Shown: piece after piece, positions 44,376 through 58,539 of the stretch
Layout: the number at the start of each line of letters is the position of its first letter
Numbering within the stretch: the stretch's first letter is position 1
Source of the DNA: the human T2T-CHM13v2.0 reference genome, Homo sapiens
Assembly (NCBI RefSeq): GCF_009914755.1
Contig: NC_060936.1
DNA length: 64,000 nt
Direction: 5' to 3' (one strand)
Notes under the pieces: generated by a model
Database searches by the model: none
Told to the model about the DNA's origin: nothing
What the model saw: only the letters and a program-made list of their open reading frames with translations
Translations under genes and position numbers: made by a program

Positions 44376-45770
44376 TATCTGTCTGTGGGTCCTGTTGTTT
44401 ATGTCTTTGTGGCTTTTCTATGATCCTCCCCTTATCACAGAAGTGCCCCTAACCCTGCTCTATCCTTCTCATCTATCAAAGACTAGTGCAATTCCCACCT
44501 TCACTGTGCATCTTTACCTTGCAACCCTGCCCCATCTGTATCATCACTTTGCTCTCTCATTGTAGATTATATGTTATTTATTTCTATTTATCCCTTATCT
44601 TTATCTTTTATGATACCTTGGTAATTGACAACAATGTGGCAAATACTGAACTAGCCACTTTTACATACTTTGTTTTCATAATTTCTTTTAAAGCACTATA
44701 AAATATTCATATGATGGGGAAACTGAGGTCCAAACATTTTGGTGTTTCACCAAGATCATACAACTTGTATTCTTGCTAGATTATGAGTTATTTGAGGAAA
44801 GGAATATTTCATCTTCCTGATTATATCTTCTCCGGATCTGTGGGATAGTACTTTTTCAATAATGTTTGCCCATATGTATTTAAAAATTGAAAATATTGGG
44901 AAATACTTATCTCTCAATATTTAATATCATTAGAATTGACTAGGGGCCCCAGGAGGACAGAGGTGTGTGCAGCAGTGTTCTTAGGTTAATGTCTGTGTGA
45001 AATTAACTGTGGCTAAATCTTTCCCTGCATACTATTATCTCTCCTAATTCCCAGTGGCTTCACAAATTGAAATTGTACACATAAGGATTTTAAACAGAAA
45101 CATTTTTAAGATATTGTCTCTTGTTTTGCGTTACTGAAAAAATAACAAAGTAGGACAAATTAAGAAAGTAGAACAAATTAAAGAATTTAATTGGAGTCAT
45201 AAGGAATTCAAGAAATATTTGAAGATTGCATTTCTAATAATAGATCAGAACAATTGAATAACCATTTCATATTCTCCACCCTCAGTGAAAACAATAAAAT
45301 CAACTCAATTTACATTTGTAAAACAATATATGTATACTTTCATTATACCAGTTTTAATTTTCAGCTGTGCTTCTCTATCTCTCTGTAGTCAAATACTACG
45401 TTTCTGCAAGGGTTTTCTTAAAACAGCATTGCTAGGTTAACTGTTTTAAAATAAAAATATTTGCTTAAAAAGGTTTACTTTAGCAATAGTAATGCTTTCC
45501 TTTCAAAATATTATTTCAAGTTTTAAAATAATGAACTTATGATTTTAATTAATTAAGTTTTCATGTGGAAGTTGTTCATCTAGAGTAACTAATTTTAAAG
45601 AATTGGATCTTTTTATTTGGTAATGCCTTTAGCACTCTGTGAAATATAAATTAATGTAAAATTAAAATTAATTTATTATGACTATCCATTTTTCATGGTC
45701 TTTTCTATTATTGTGCTGTAGCAAGTACTAATTCTAATGTAGCTAGATAATTAATTTTCTATTGTCATAG

Positions 45771-45892
45771 CTCCAGATGGTCCTCCTGAAAATGTTCATG
45801 TAGTAGCAACATCACCTTTTAGCATCAGCATAAGCTGGAGTGAACCTGCTGTCATTACTGGACCAACATGTTATCTGATTGATGTCAAATCG
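45771..45892 (+). CDS. PTPRQ: PTPRQ coding exon, N-terminal half of FN3 ([12 protein letters not shown]...CYLIDVKS)
   Basis: attgtcatag|CTCCAG, TCG|gtaagg; 122 nt, phase 1-0; continues previous exon in frame; absent from ORF track. Confidence 0.96.
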
Positions 45893-45944
45893 GTAAGGCA
45901 TGTCTTACCTTCTGTAAAAGCCAGTATAAAATGGTTAATAATAC

Positions 45945-46150
45945 AAGATTTGGAACCAGACTATTTGAATTTGAATTTTGGCTCTGTTAGACAGTAGGAA
46001 AATTACTTTACTTGTTTGTGTTTCAATGTCTACATCTGTAAAGATTAATAATAGTAAACAGGGTATGAGGACTGAATCAGTTAACATGCATAAAGAACTT
46101 GGAACATTCCCTGAGATATGGTAAATGCTCAATAAATATAAGATATTAGT
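45945..46150 (+). mobile_element. MIR
   Basis: tggaaccagactatttgaatttgaat...catctgtaaa...ggtaaatgctcaataaata. Confidence 0.8.
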
Positions 46151-46289
46151 AACATTATTATAATATGTTTTATCAGTGTATAGAATGTGTATATATATGT
46201 ATGTATATATACACACATACAAGTGGTTAAATTGGTAGTAATACAAATATCTGGTTTACAGTACGGTAGAAAGTAATTCATAATACAAA

Positions 46290-47260
46290 ATGAGAAGAGA
46301 GAAGGCATTAGGAGAAATATCTTCCAGATAAAATAACATCAGAGCTAAGTCTTGAAAAATAAGTGAAGCAGAACATAAAAGGTAAATGGGAATAGGGGTG
46401 TAAAAAAGTAAGCCTCATTCAAGAAAAATCAAGTCTTTTGGCAATCCCAGGCTATAGCATTAAAAAAAATAAGTTCTAAGAGATGAGGCTAGATCCAGAG
46501 GCTGACTATACAACAAGTTACAGAGTTAGGGTTTTATGTTAAGGGCAGTGGGGTGCCAGTTGGTGATACAGATTTCTACTGTATAACATAGGCATGGTTG
46601 CAGTGTAGAGGATAGATTGAGAGCAGTATGGGGGGTGTAAAATCAGGCAAGGAGACAGGAAACTATAAAAGGGCAAGGAAAAAGAACAGAGGAAATGTAG
46701 CAAGAGAACGAATGAAAAATAATCTAAACCTATAGAATTTGGTGAAAAATCAACTAACTCATGATGGTGAGTGAGTAGGATAATTAAGGATGATTGTAAG
46801 TTATATGACAGAAGATTATGAGGAGGAACAGATCTGTAGAGGAAAGGAATGAGTTCAGTATTAGACACACTGAGTTTGAAATATGTGGCAGTCCTCCAGG
46901 TCAATACACCCATTGGCAGTATTAAATATGGATCTGGAGCTCAGGAGAGAAATTCTGGATTTCCAGATTTGGGTAATGTTAGTATTTAGAAGATAGTCAA
47001 AATTATAAGAGTGAATGAGATTCACTATGGAATGTGCAAAGTAAGATGACAACCTAAGGACAGCACCCTGGGGACTATCAACACTTAAATAAGAGGCCAT
47101 TGAAGAGACTGAATGGGAGTAGATAGCCATTTGGATGGAAATCCAGGTATGAAAGTCAAACCCTTCATATAAGATAGGATGCTCAATGATGTCAATAATG
47201 CAGAACTGTTAGCCAGAATAAAGACTGGAAGTATTTCCTTTGCACCCTGCTTGGGTTTTG
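46290..47260 (-). mobile_element. L2 remnant
   Basis: gagttcagtattagacacactgagtttgaaat...gatctggagctcaggagaga. Confidence 0.75.
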
Positions 47261-48143
47261 CTGGGCCTGATGAACACAGTTTTCTAATAGCATCTTATGC
47301 ATTAAATTGTATAGCATAGTGATTTCTCCTCCTTTCTCTCTGTCTCTTGACCAACTTTATAATTTTATTATGTCTTTGTAGTATTCCTTAAATGGAGATA
47401 TAATGCTTCTATCTCAAAAGACCTGTCATCATTAAAATAAAATTGAAAGAATTGTTGATGTATTTGTTCTCCAATTCAGTCTCTATTTTCTGTTCCTTTT
47501 GTAGAGCATATTTGTGAAGATTTTAGTATGTAATTAGCCAAAAATAATTAGCACGAATGATGAATGCCCTGGGAATATGCATTAAAAACAAATTATAAAA
47601 TGATAAAGCTTTACTCTGTCAAATGAAAGGCACTTTATTAATGAAAATAGTTCTCCCTTGGAAATTCTGCTTAAAGGAACAAAAAAAATAAAACATATTA
47701 AGAAGTGATTTTGTAATCTCATTCTTGTAGCCTTCTTGCTGAGTTTCAAAGTGAGCAAGGGAAAGAGGGTAGAATGGGAAGATAACAAATATTTTAATTG
47801 CTTATTTTCTACAAGTTACATGTTCATCTCTTCCTATTCATTATCTTATTATATGTTATCCAGCAATATTTTCATATAAACATTATTACCTTCATTTTGC
47901 ATAAAAGAAATCTAAGGAACAGAGACGGTGAATAACTTCTCACAGAGCTAAGACTTGGCTAAAACTAACAGATCAACAATGGTTTGACAGGAGAAAGGGA
48001 AGGTCATTAAATAACAAATAAAATTCGCCAACATAAATATAGCCTCACCAAAACTCCTTTAGATCAACAATAGCAAGAACAGATTCAGATAGAACCTAGT
48101 AATTCACAGTTTCTTTAGGATTCTTGGAATTAAGTAGAGGTAT

Positions 48144-48221
48144 TTCCTTCCTTCCTTCCTTCCTTCCTTCCTTCCTCCCTCCCACCCTCCCTCCTTCCCT
48201 TACTTCCTTCCTTCCTTCCTC
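48144..48221. repeat. (TTCC)n/(CCCT)n polypyrimidine microsatellite
   Basis: Direct reading. Confidence 0.9.
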
Positions 48222-49254
48222 ACACATTTTAAAATACTTCCAATGTACCAGAACTGTGCTAGGTGCTGGATATGTAGAAGTGAACAACTCTGATAAAGCA
48301 CTTCTGCAGCTCATTTCATTAATATGTAATTATCAACATTCAAGAATCACTGGTTCCCAGACTAAGGAAGAATACATAGCATTGCACTTGGGACTTATTG
48401 TGCAGCCTGTCTTCTACAAAATACTAGCCACACCGATAAAACTCTTAACTTTAAAAGTGTAAACAAAAATTGTCAATCTTAATAAAATGTAAATATCATC
48501 CTAGATGATTCTGCTGGAAATTAATGCATTTAGGATCATTTTCATTGTTCCTTTTACTCTTTGACTGAACAAATTGTTATGAGTAGCTTCTGTGCATCAA
48601 GACAAGGATGAAAAACATAAAGCTCTGCTGTCAGGTAGCTCACACCCTAGTGGTACACACTGGAATAGAAACAGCTAATTATAGAGTTTGAGGTATGAAG
48701 TTTTGTGGGGAATATAAGGTAACAAAATAATTAAAGTTCCTGTTATGGGAGGAATAGAAGATAAAGGAGACTTCATAGAGCAGGTTAAATATATTCTAGG
48801 ACTTGACGAATGAATAGGGGTACACAAGATGGGAAAGGGTGGAGGCGGGGTAGGAAGAGAAAAAAAATAGGAAGTGGGGCAGGAAGAGGAGAACCAGAGT
48901 CTAATTGCTGATAATGAATATAAAGTAACACTTCAAAAATGATGAAAGACATTTTATAACAATAGATTATCAAGTACAATATGAGCAAACAAACTTGGAA
49001 TTGATTGAAGGAAAATGAGTCAGAAAGATGTGATTTCAGTCCTGGGTAAGTGGACAAGTAATAGCTAACAACAACAAAGGTGTAGTAGGTTTAATAAAGA
49101 AAGGTAATGATGATCTTTTGTACTGCCAAATTTGAGGACCGAGAATTCCTTTCAAATTTTGTTAAATACTTTTAAAGATATAATATATGCGTGCCATGTC
49201 ATATTTTGCGACTTGATATTTGTTATCTATTGTTTTAATGGAAGGCATTGGAAG

Positions 49255-49326
49255 AGTATAATTTATAAATTATACTTATAAATTATAAATTTATAATTTA
49301 TAAATTATAAATAGTTAAATTTATAA
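49255..49326. repeat. AT-rich (TATAAAT)-type repeat forming overlapping perfect palindromes
   Basis: Palindromes 49255-49276, 49276-49303, 49289-49312. Confidence 0.9.
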
Positions 49327-50422
49327 GATCAAACCCAGTGACCTTGTGGAAGTGTAGAATTCTATGGACTCTTGAAAGACCTGGGCTCAAATCCTTCCTC
49401 TGCTACTAAGTAACCCTGAGGAAGTCACCTTACCTCTATAAAATCAGAATTCAAATAGCTATAAAAGACAAGTGACATGAACCAGTAGTCAAAGTGAAGC
49501 CAATTGAGTGGGGCTCCAATGAATGGGACCCAGGCCCCTTTACAGAGGTCAATAGTTACCCATCTCTGCACCTCTCAATAATATTTTTTCAGCATGAAAT
49601 TAAGCCTAGTCTTAAGGAAAATTACAAAAAGCATATTTTTATGTGATATTCAAATGTTAACAACTAGTTAAATACACATTTTCTGCCAGTGGCATATATT
49701 CCTGATCAATAGGATTTCTACGCTGATTTGTTTTTCTTCCATTTTCGAGAAGTGGGGCATTTCTGTCCACTGCTCTGTCTTAAGGTGGGAATGATCTATT
49801 TGACTGTATGCAACGATAGTATTATTTATATCATCCTTTTACTATGTTTCTTTTTTTTCTTTTTTTATAGCAACATCTTTTTTTTAAAAAAAAATTGAGT
49901 TAATTTTATTTACATTACCTCAGCAAACATCTCTATAAATGAGTTTCCAGGACAACATTTACAATATAGTTATACCATATGCAAATCAATGTGTGTTTCG
50001 CCATATTATCAATAAAATATGTTCTTAGCAAAGAGCATTAAAAGAATACATTGAACCAACCAACCAAACAAAAAATATTTCAAAGTTATAAGGGAAGGTC
50101 AAGTTGAAAATGGACTTAATAGTGTTCACTGTGTATAAAACCTGGTTTTAAGTGTTTCAATTAAGATACCTGAAAGTAGTATGTATGATAGGATTTTGAA
50201 TTTTCTCATGGTTATCTTGGGAAAAGCCCTTCTACTTAGTGCTAGCAAGTTTAGTTATGTTTAATATCTGGAGTGAATAGGCCAGAACCTCCATAAAGGA
50301 CAGACTATGTTTGAACAAATCATATAGCTACATTTCATATGCCTAAAGACACTCATTTATGCACATTAATAATTATGACATCCACAATTAATTACTATCC
50401 AGTGCTACACATAGTACTAAAT

Positions 50423-50652
50423 CAGAGTTTTTCAAACTGCAGCCATCATCAGAATTTTTAAATGAGGTGGAATAAAGTTAAAAAGAGCAGAAAATATCAA
50501 AGTGTACTTCAGAAAGATGGTGTATTTCTGAAAAATGTGTTACAGTCATAAGATACGTATATATTTTATATCTATCAGTCTTATCTTCTGAATTATGTTA
50601 CAAAGAGTGTTTCCTTTTGTGGGTAATGGTGAAAAAATATTGAAATCTATGT
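50423..50652. mobile_element. hAT-Charlie-type MER remnant
   Basis: cagagtttttcaaactg start; agaaaatatcaaagtg; gtgggtaatggtgaaaaaatattgaaa end. Confidence 0.5.
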
Positions 50653-51150
50653 GCCAACTACTTTAGATTTGTCCTTTCTAAATCTCAGTGAAACACTGTA
50701 AATAGTTGTTATTAGCCCAATTTTACATGCATTGAAAGACTAGACTGTGTAGGTGGTTTCTCAAATACTACAGGAGCTATAAGTGGCCAATTTGGGATTT
50801 GAGGCCTGTGTGATTAGGTACCAAAACCTCTATGCTTTCTTCTACAAAATATTGGAGTCAAAAGTAGAGTTTCATTGACTGCAAAGATGATTTTTGCTTA
50901 TTTATTTAATGGGTTGGTTAATCACGGTTGGCTGGTTTGTCTTTTTTCTTTTACTTTCAACTATTAAAATAATTAATAATTAGTAAGCTGTTATAATAGC
51001 ACTTTAGATTTCCCAGAGCAATCTGATTGTAAAATAAATAAATACAAATTTGGCTAGATAAATACATCTCACGTAGCTTTGTATTATTATGTTTTGGTGA
51101 CTCAGATTTCAAGTGCTGCTTCCTTAATTTTTACTTATATTTTCCTATAG

Positions 51151-51337
51151 GTAGATAATGATGAATTTAATATATCCTTCATCAAGTCAAATGAAGAAAA
51201 TAAAACCATAGAAATTAAAGATTTAGAAATATTCACAAGGTATTCTGTAGTGATCACTGCATTTACTGGGAACATTAGTGCTGCATATGTAGAAGGGAAG
51301 TCAAGTGCTGAAATGATTGTTACTACTTTAGAATCAG
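51151..51337 (+). CDS. PTPRQ: PTPRQ coding exon, C-terminal half of FN3 ([10 protein letters not shown]...EMIVTTLES)
   Basis: tttcctatag|GTAGAT, TCAG|gtaagg; 187 nt, phase 0-1; [15 protein letters not shown]3 motif. Confidence 0.96.
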
Positions 51338-52994
51338 GTAAGGAGAATTTCTCAACCTTGCTAAAAATTGACTGAGATTTAGCTGGCTTTCTTACAGTTC
51401 ATCATACTCCACCAAAAAAGGATATGTGTTATGAGAAGTTTTTAAAGCATATAAACAAAAAAATTAGTGACTCTCTGCAACTGACAAAAAGGAAGATTTC
51501 TATTTATATTTTTGAGGTAAAGAGGAGTTATGTAGAATATTCAATCCTTGTAAATACAGCAACAATTAAAGGTATCCGCTGTATTTCTTTGCACTTATTT
51601 AATCTGCTAGTTGTTTCAGAAATTAAGTAAGCTTGCCTAAGAGATAATATTTCCAACTGTCTATATCCAATAACACTTCAACTAAAATTCTATTTCAATT
51701 ATTTCTGTCCCATTATTTGAATGAATATTAAACTTGTAATACTCTGTGAGTATTAAATAATCTGGAATTCGAAAGTAGAATCCAGCTCACATTTATCACA
51801 GCTGTTGTCTTCCCTTAGTCAAGTAATATATGTCTTATTATATAACTCTTTGATAAATGTCAGAATACATACAGATTTCCTCAAGTTCTTATGAACAGGG
51901 TCTGAATGAATAATAAGATTGTAACCAATAAGAAATAAATTTGGAAATCAACATCCCAGAACTTGCTTGCCCCATCCTCCTTCAGACTCCTGATGTTCTT
52001 TGCCACCAGATATATCATTGGAAAAAGCAGATGAAGGGATATGTTGCTATAGTTTATTTGTTGCTATCTGTAAGGTAAGTATAGGAAGTAAAATTTTTTT
52101 ACAGCTAGTTTTTTTCGTTACATTATATTCTCTATGCATTTTGTCTGTAAAGTTATGGTTCTAAATTAAAAGGTAAATTTTATTATCAGCATCCTAAAAT
52201 TCCATTTGTTCCTATTCGTCTGCCAAGTATCACAGGTATCTATTTTCTGATTATGCTTTTTACTTCTCAATCCCTCCTACCTGTGAGGAAAGATATGATG
52301 AATGTACTCACATTTATACCATAAAGCATTGTTTGTCAAATCTTAATGTGCTATCTGTTTCAAGGATATCACAATTTAATACATTTTTACTAAATCTCTA
52401 AGAGTAGAATTTTATGTGTATAACCAAAAATCTGGGTACTAGGAAATTTTTTACAACATTGAGAGAATTCCTTGGTTTATCTGACTTAAAATCACATCCT
52501 AAATTTAGAGAAACATCTCATAAGAAAATATATTTATGACACAGCATAAAAACGTGTAGTAACAAATGCAAAAATATCTCTCTTGAACCAACTTAACCTT
52601 TATTTTAGCTTTGCATTTTTCCATTTAAAATGAAATATTTGACACAATAGTACGTTTATCTGCTTCTCTCTCTTTTATTCTTTGCTGTTAATTTATTTAC
52701 ATTTTTTGCAAGATAATGAAGCTTGAATATCTGAACTGTTGACAGCCAAATATTACATTTCTTCATGGAAATTCTTTACTTAGTATGGAAGGATATAACT
52801 ATTTCAAGTTGAACAAAATAGATATAGTCATTCAATCAGTCACTTATATAAAGAACACTAATTATGTTATGCATCAAGAAGTAGCTCCTTTATTCATAAA
52901 ATAACTTTTATCCTCATACATATTTTAATAATGTATTGGTGCTTAGCTTGTCATATGTTAAGCTGTTATTTATCTAAAATAAACTAAAATATTT

Positions 52995-53983
52995 ATACTA
53001 TATAAAGAACTCTTAAAACCCAGCAATTTAAAAAAATCCAATTAGAAAATTGGCAGAAGACATGAACAGACATTTCACCACAAAGGAGACATTGTTGGTA
53101 AAACAAACAAACAAACAAAAAATGACAACATAAGTTTTCAATACCATTAGCCATTCGGAAAATGCAAATTAAAGCCACAATAAGGTATTATTGTCTATGT
53201 ACTAGAACAGATAAGATAATAATTTAAAATATGGCGATGATACCCAATGCTGGCAAGGGATGCAGAAAGACTGGACCTCTCATACATTGCTAGTAGGAAT
53301 GTAAAATGGAATAGCCACAATGGAAAATAATTTTGCAGCCACTTATAAAACTAAACATGAAATTACTGTGTGACCCAGTAGTCACACTCTTGGGCACTGA
53401 TCACAGAGAATTGAAAAATTATGCTCACACAAACATCTGTCACCAAGATTGATTGCAGTTTTATTAGTAATAATGAAAACTGGAAACAACCCAAATGTTT
53501 TTCCATGATTAAACAAACTCTGCTACATCCACAAAATGGAACACTACTCGGCAATAAAAAGAAGAATGTACTATTAATACATGTAGTATCCACCTTGATG
53601 GACCTCAAGGCCATTGTGCTATTGTCATTTTCAAAATGACAAAACTATACAGAGGAAGAGTTATTAGTGTTGTGAAGAAGCATATACTGCAAATAAAAGA
53701 GGATACTAGGAGAGAGTTTCTTTAGGGTGATGTAATAGTTTTATATCTTGTTTACGGTGGTGGTTAAAGGAATCTATACAGAAGACAAAATTGCATAAAA
53801 GTATAACAAAACATGGAAAGGGGTGAAATTGGGATAAAGTCTGTAGCATTAACAGTATTGTACCAATATCAGTTTCCTGGTTTCATATAAACTCCAGTTA
53901 CATAAGATATTACCAATGGGGAAAACTGGGAGAAAGTTAAATGGTATGTCCTGTTTTTGCCACTTCTTTTGACTCTAAATTGT
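52995..53983 (+). mobile_element. L1MC-like 3' fragment
   Basis: aaagaactcttaaaac...gacatgaacagacatttcacca...aaactggaaacaacccaaatgt. Confidence 0.85.
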
Positions 53984-54045
53984 CATGCCATTGCACTCCA
54001 GTCAGGGTGACAAAGGGAGACCCTGTCTCGAAAACAAACAAAAGA
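53984..54045 (+). mobile_element. Alu 3' fragment
   Basis: catgccattgcactccagtcagggtgacaaagggagaccctgtctc. Confidence 0.8.
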
Positions 54046-54303
54046 TTAAAATGTCATAGAAACACATTCTGTGTAAAAATAAGTGCATATAAAACAAACA
54101 AACTGGATCACCATTATGGTTGCTGTGAATTACAGATGTCAATGATTCTATAATGCGTCAGTCATTTTGCTAGTTTTTGCAGTTTATATGGTTTAATTTG
54201 TGGAATACTCTTTAAAAACAGAAGTTCAAAGCAAATAAATTTATGTGGAGATAAAAAGGAATACAATATTTTTAAAAATTAATTGTTAAATATTTTATTT
54301 TAG

Positions 54304-54548
54304 CCCCAAAGGACCCACCTAACAACATGACATTTCAGAAGATACCAGATGAAGTTACAAAATTTCAATTAACGTTCCTTCCTCCTTCTCAACCTAATGG
54401 AAATATCCAAGTATATCAAGCTCTGGTTTACCGAGAAGATGATCCTACTGCTGTCCAGATTCACAACCTCAGTATTATACAGAAAACCAACACATTCGTC
54501 ATTGCAATGCTAGAAGGACTAAAAGGTGGACATACATACAATATCAGT
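54304..54548 (+). CDS. PTPRQ: PTPRQ coding exon, FN3 ([11 protein letters not shown]...[10 protein letters not shown])
   Basis: ttttattttag|CCCC, AGT|gtaaga; 245 nt, phase 1-0; overlaps ORF 54327..54572; [12 protein letters not shown] motif. Confidence 0.97.
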
Positions 54549-55639
54549 GTAAGAATCCGTAGCTTCAGTTAATTACCCAAATGACAATGTCAGTTTATGA
54601 ACTTGGCATTTAAAAATATTGCAGTTTGTGTACACATGACATTTCCCATATCTTTTTGTGAGATTGTTTGACATCTCAACAAAAATAAATTTTGAGAACT
54701 GAAATTACCTATTTTCTGCTATAATACAAGTACTATTAAATTAAAATATGTAAATAACCAAGAAGTTTGCACAATAATAGTAGAAACTCAGACATAAAAG
54801 AGAAAGAAAATGCACATTAAAAGTAAAAGAACAGTGATATATAAAGAGATAACTCTGCCTAAAAAAAAGCTATATGATTATGAATTTAAAATGGAAAAGC
54901 AAATTTTAAGGACAAAAGACAGAAATAATTGTTTACCTGTTTAAAATTCTCATGCATTTTAACCAAGTATTACTAAAAGCTAATAGCATTTTATGTCTTA
55001 ATTCTAAATTCCCTATATTTGGACAGAAATGTATGCATGAGTTCATATACATACACAGAGACATATACAGACACAATTTGTTTTATTCCTTGCCTACTTT
55101 TAGATCATCTTGAAATTTTCAAATAAAATTATATGGTTCAGAGAAATCATCTTCTAAGAAACAGAATTTACTCTAAATCTTCAAGTAGTTTAGTAATCTG
55201 CCTACCAACTCTTGATTAATATCAATGTAATTATCAGGTCATTGATAATAATTTGTATATGTATATGTGTATAAAATGAATATATTTACTACTTCTCTCA
55301 GTCACTTTGACTTTATATCTTTATAAAATAAATCTTTTGGGGATTCTTTTTGCATGTCCCATTAAGTGGACCACCATTGTGAAAGATCGATTAGAGGGAA
55401 GACGGTGACTAAGAGAATAAAGTAACCTGGGTTCAAATACTGGCGTCTGTGCCAGGGCAGCTTTATCAAATCTGAGCCCAGTTTTCTTATGTGAAAAATT
55501 GGTAATAGGAATAATAACTTCTTTATAGGATATTTGTGAGGATTAAATATTCATAGTTATGGTAGGTAGTGAATGGTACATATATTTTGGCTATTGGAAG
55601 AGAGAAAATAGGAACCAAAAATGTGCAACTAATTAATAA

Positions 55640-55812
55640 TTTTTAAAAATCCTGTTTGCAGACTGCAATTTGCAGTATCCTTAAAACCTTGAAGTTTGTT
55701 AGGATGTATAACTTTAGCACCTGTATTGACCTACTGAATCAAAATCTGCATATTTGCATTTAACAAGGTGTGCGAATGACTTCTTTGCACACTGCAATTT
55801 CAGAGGCAGTGC
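55640..55812. mobile_element. MER5-type hAT remnant
   Basis: gacctactgaatcaaaatctgca...tttaacaag. Confidence 0.6.
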
Positions 55813-56791
55813 CCAAATTTTCACTTATTATTTCACTTAAATGTTAGATTCTACCATAAAGAAATAAAAATAATGGACCATACTATAACATACGTTTTTT
55901 ATTTTTAATACTTTTTTTTTGAATTTACAAACTCAAATATTTTCTCTAGGCATTTTCAAGCCACATTTTATGGTCTTGGTTTATTTATCATATCTACCAC
56001 ATGTATATTGTAATATTAACTCAATAAAAACATTTTAAAAGTATCTAGAGTGTGGGAGGGTGGGCCACTAATATATAAAACAAATTAAGTAATTCCAATA
56101 AACATTTCGTATACTGAATTGGGTTTATCGAGTACAATGAAATAAGCCAAGAATATAGTCTTTGTTTAATATAGCAAGATAAAGTGAAGAAAAGAAGATT
56201 CTCTGTCTACAGCTTCCTTAGCACAAAGTTAATTGAAAGGATTCACGTTTGTGTAAATCACCCTCTGTGTATACATACAGAAATGTTTTATGTGTATATG
56301 CTGCATTATGCAGGTTATAGCGTCAGATACTTTGGGGCAGGGGTGAAGAAGGGCATAAAGGCCATCTTTCAGGGGAATGATTTAATACAGGAAAACTGGG
56401 AGGCTGAAGGAATAGGATTTCATCTTAGAGAGGGAAAAAAAGAGGATCTTGAATATGGATTTACAGAAGGCCAGAGTTACCTAGCTACAGAGAGAAGGAA
56501 CAGATGTTAGAGTAGATGAAGGGAGAGCGTAGATACAGTGGCTGTAGTGCTCTGTTCTTCCTACATTCACATTAAAATCATGGTCAGTCCAGGTCTCAGT
56601 GATAGGGCTGTTTAGATCACTCAGCCTTTGTTCTCAGCGTTTAGTACCAGAACATCAATTTTTAGAAATACTTCATTGTTAATGTTCTTCCTACATATAT
56701 TATATTCAAGTGCAAGAAAATACAATTAATAGACTATATGCAGTTGTTTTTTAAAGAATTATTTAAAATTACATGTAACCATAATCAGTTT

Positions 56792-56866
56792 TATATATAT
56801 ATATAACTATATATATACATACATATATAGATACATGCATATATATATATACACACACACATACAT
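56792..56866. repeat. (TA)n/(CA)n compound microsatellite about 45 nt upstream of the 67-nt exon
   Basis: Direct reading. Confidence 0.85.
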
Positions 56867-56909
56867 AAGCAATCACTTGAAAATAGTAACAAATATTTGT
56901 TTGTTTTAG

Positions 56910-56976
56910 GTTTACGCAGTCAATAGTGCTGGTGCAGGTCCAAAGGTTCCGATGAGAATAACCATGGATATCAAAG
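56910..56976 (+). CDS. PTPRQ: PTPRQ coding exon, end of FN3 ([22 protein letters not shown])
   Basis: ttgttttag|GTTTAC, AAAG|gtacat; 67 nt, phase 0-1; [11 protein letters not shown]3 F-G loop. Confidence 0.95.
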
Positions 56977-57774
56977 GTACATACATGAGCTACCTTCCTA
57001 TGAAATGCTATTAATCAGTGATTATAATTTAAATTCCATACTTGAAATAAGGATGTAGACAAGCCTTTAAGTGATAAATATGCATATATTAAGCACATAC
57101 TAAGTAAAAATGTGTGGTTATTAAAGCTATAGTTAAAAACGTTTAAATGATGATGTGAATTACCATGTTAAATAAGGAGAATGTCTTTATTTTATATTTC
57201 TTTAATATATTTTATATTTCTAAGTTTAAATTTTTAAAGACAAATTTTATAGTCCGTTATTTGATGTTTCTTTAAATGTTATCGAAAAGAAAGTGTGTTT
57301 AAATTGCCTATCATTAGACTTTGACTAGGTCTAATTAGATTATTAGATTGTTTGACTGATTTTTATTTTGGAAGTGAGATTCTTTCAGTTAATCAAATAG
57401 TGTTTTTTGAACTACCATGTAGGTTGGTTTATGATTCTGACAGTAAAGTAAATCTATCAATTCATGATTCTGGCAAGTATTTTTTATAGAAAATATAACT
57501 AAAATTTGGGTCATCCTTTCAAAATAAAACAAACAAACAAACCATGAAACCCAAAAAAGATGATTAAGAGGAATTTAGGGCCATTCGAATGATCACGGTG
57601 CCCTCTCTTCTTGAGAGTGAAAACCAGCAGGTAATAATTATGCCATCTCTCTAAAAATGTGTAATAAAACCTTCAGAGAGGTTTTAAAAACAGAAGTGGA
57701 TGGACTTTTAGTAGAATTCTACCTGATATGTCTCTTTCTAAAGCAAAAAGTAACTTTTTTCAGTCTTTGGCAAA

Positions 57775-58015
57775 TACAGCAGAGCACAGTGATTAAAGGT
57801 GACAGCATTAGGCTGGGTTTAGGGTCAAACTGCTGGATTGAATCATGGATTAGCCACTTGATATCTATTTGACTTTGAGAAAGTTTCTTAACCTCTATAG
57901 GCCTGAAAAATGGAGATAATACTAGTTCCTATCTCAAAGTTACTAACTTTGAGGATTAAAAGAGAATCTGAAAAAACCCTTAAGACCCCTGCCTGGAAAC
58001 ATGTACTATTAAGAA
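57775..58015 (+). mobile_element. MIR
   Basis: gcagagcacagtgattaaag...tgactttgagaaagtttcttaacctct. Confidence 0.75.
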
Positions 58016-58539
58016 TAAAAAATATTCACTGTTAGATGAAACTGATAAATTTTATCTTTTTGTCAATGGATTATTTATATAATTGTGATACTCTTTATAA
58101 GTGTTTGATTTAAATTGATAAATTATTTACTTTGGGAAGTACAAATGCATAAGGTCTTTAAAAACATCAATTATTTCACAAAATGACTTCACAAAGAATA
58201 GTATGAGTCATACCTTTTAAATTTATCTTTGTTATTCAGTGGCAGACGTGTAGGTGTACAGATAGCAATACATGCATCACTTTTATGCTTTAGTAAAACT
58301 TCCCATTTCAGATGCTATTCCCATCCCCATGCCAGGTTGGTTAATCTTGACTTTTACTCCTTACCTAAGGCAGGCAGACTTACGACTTCTAGTCTAGAGA
58401 AGATATATGAACAATGTCTTAGTGGTGGGATCCTAGAGAAATTATGTTTTCTCTACTAATACACATTATTTTATTAATGATGTGGAATATTCAATTGGTA
58501 GTAGTCTCATGAAATTTGCATTTGACAGATATTATGAAG

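Noticed and set aside
51141-51156. AG|GT at exon start (also 56908-56911) as a recursive splice site
   Set aside because: GTAGAT and GTTTAC are poor donors and are explained by Val codons
54549-54700. Read-through stop after the 245-nt exon with AATAAA nearby
   Set aside because: Good gtaaga donor; AATAAA is common in this AT-rich DNA and the product would end in an incomplete FN3
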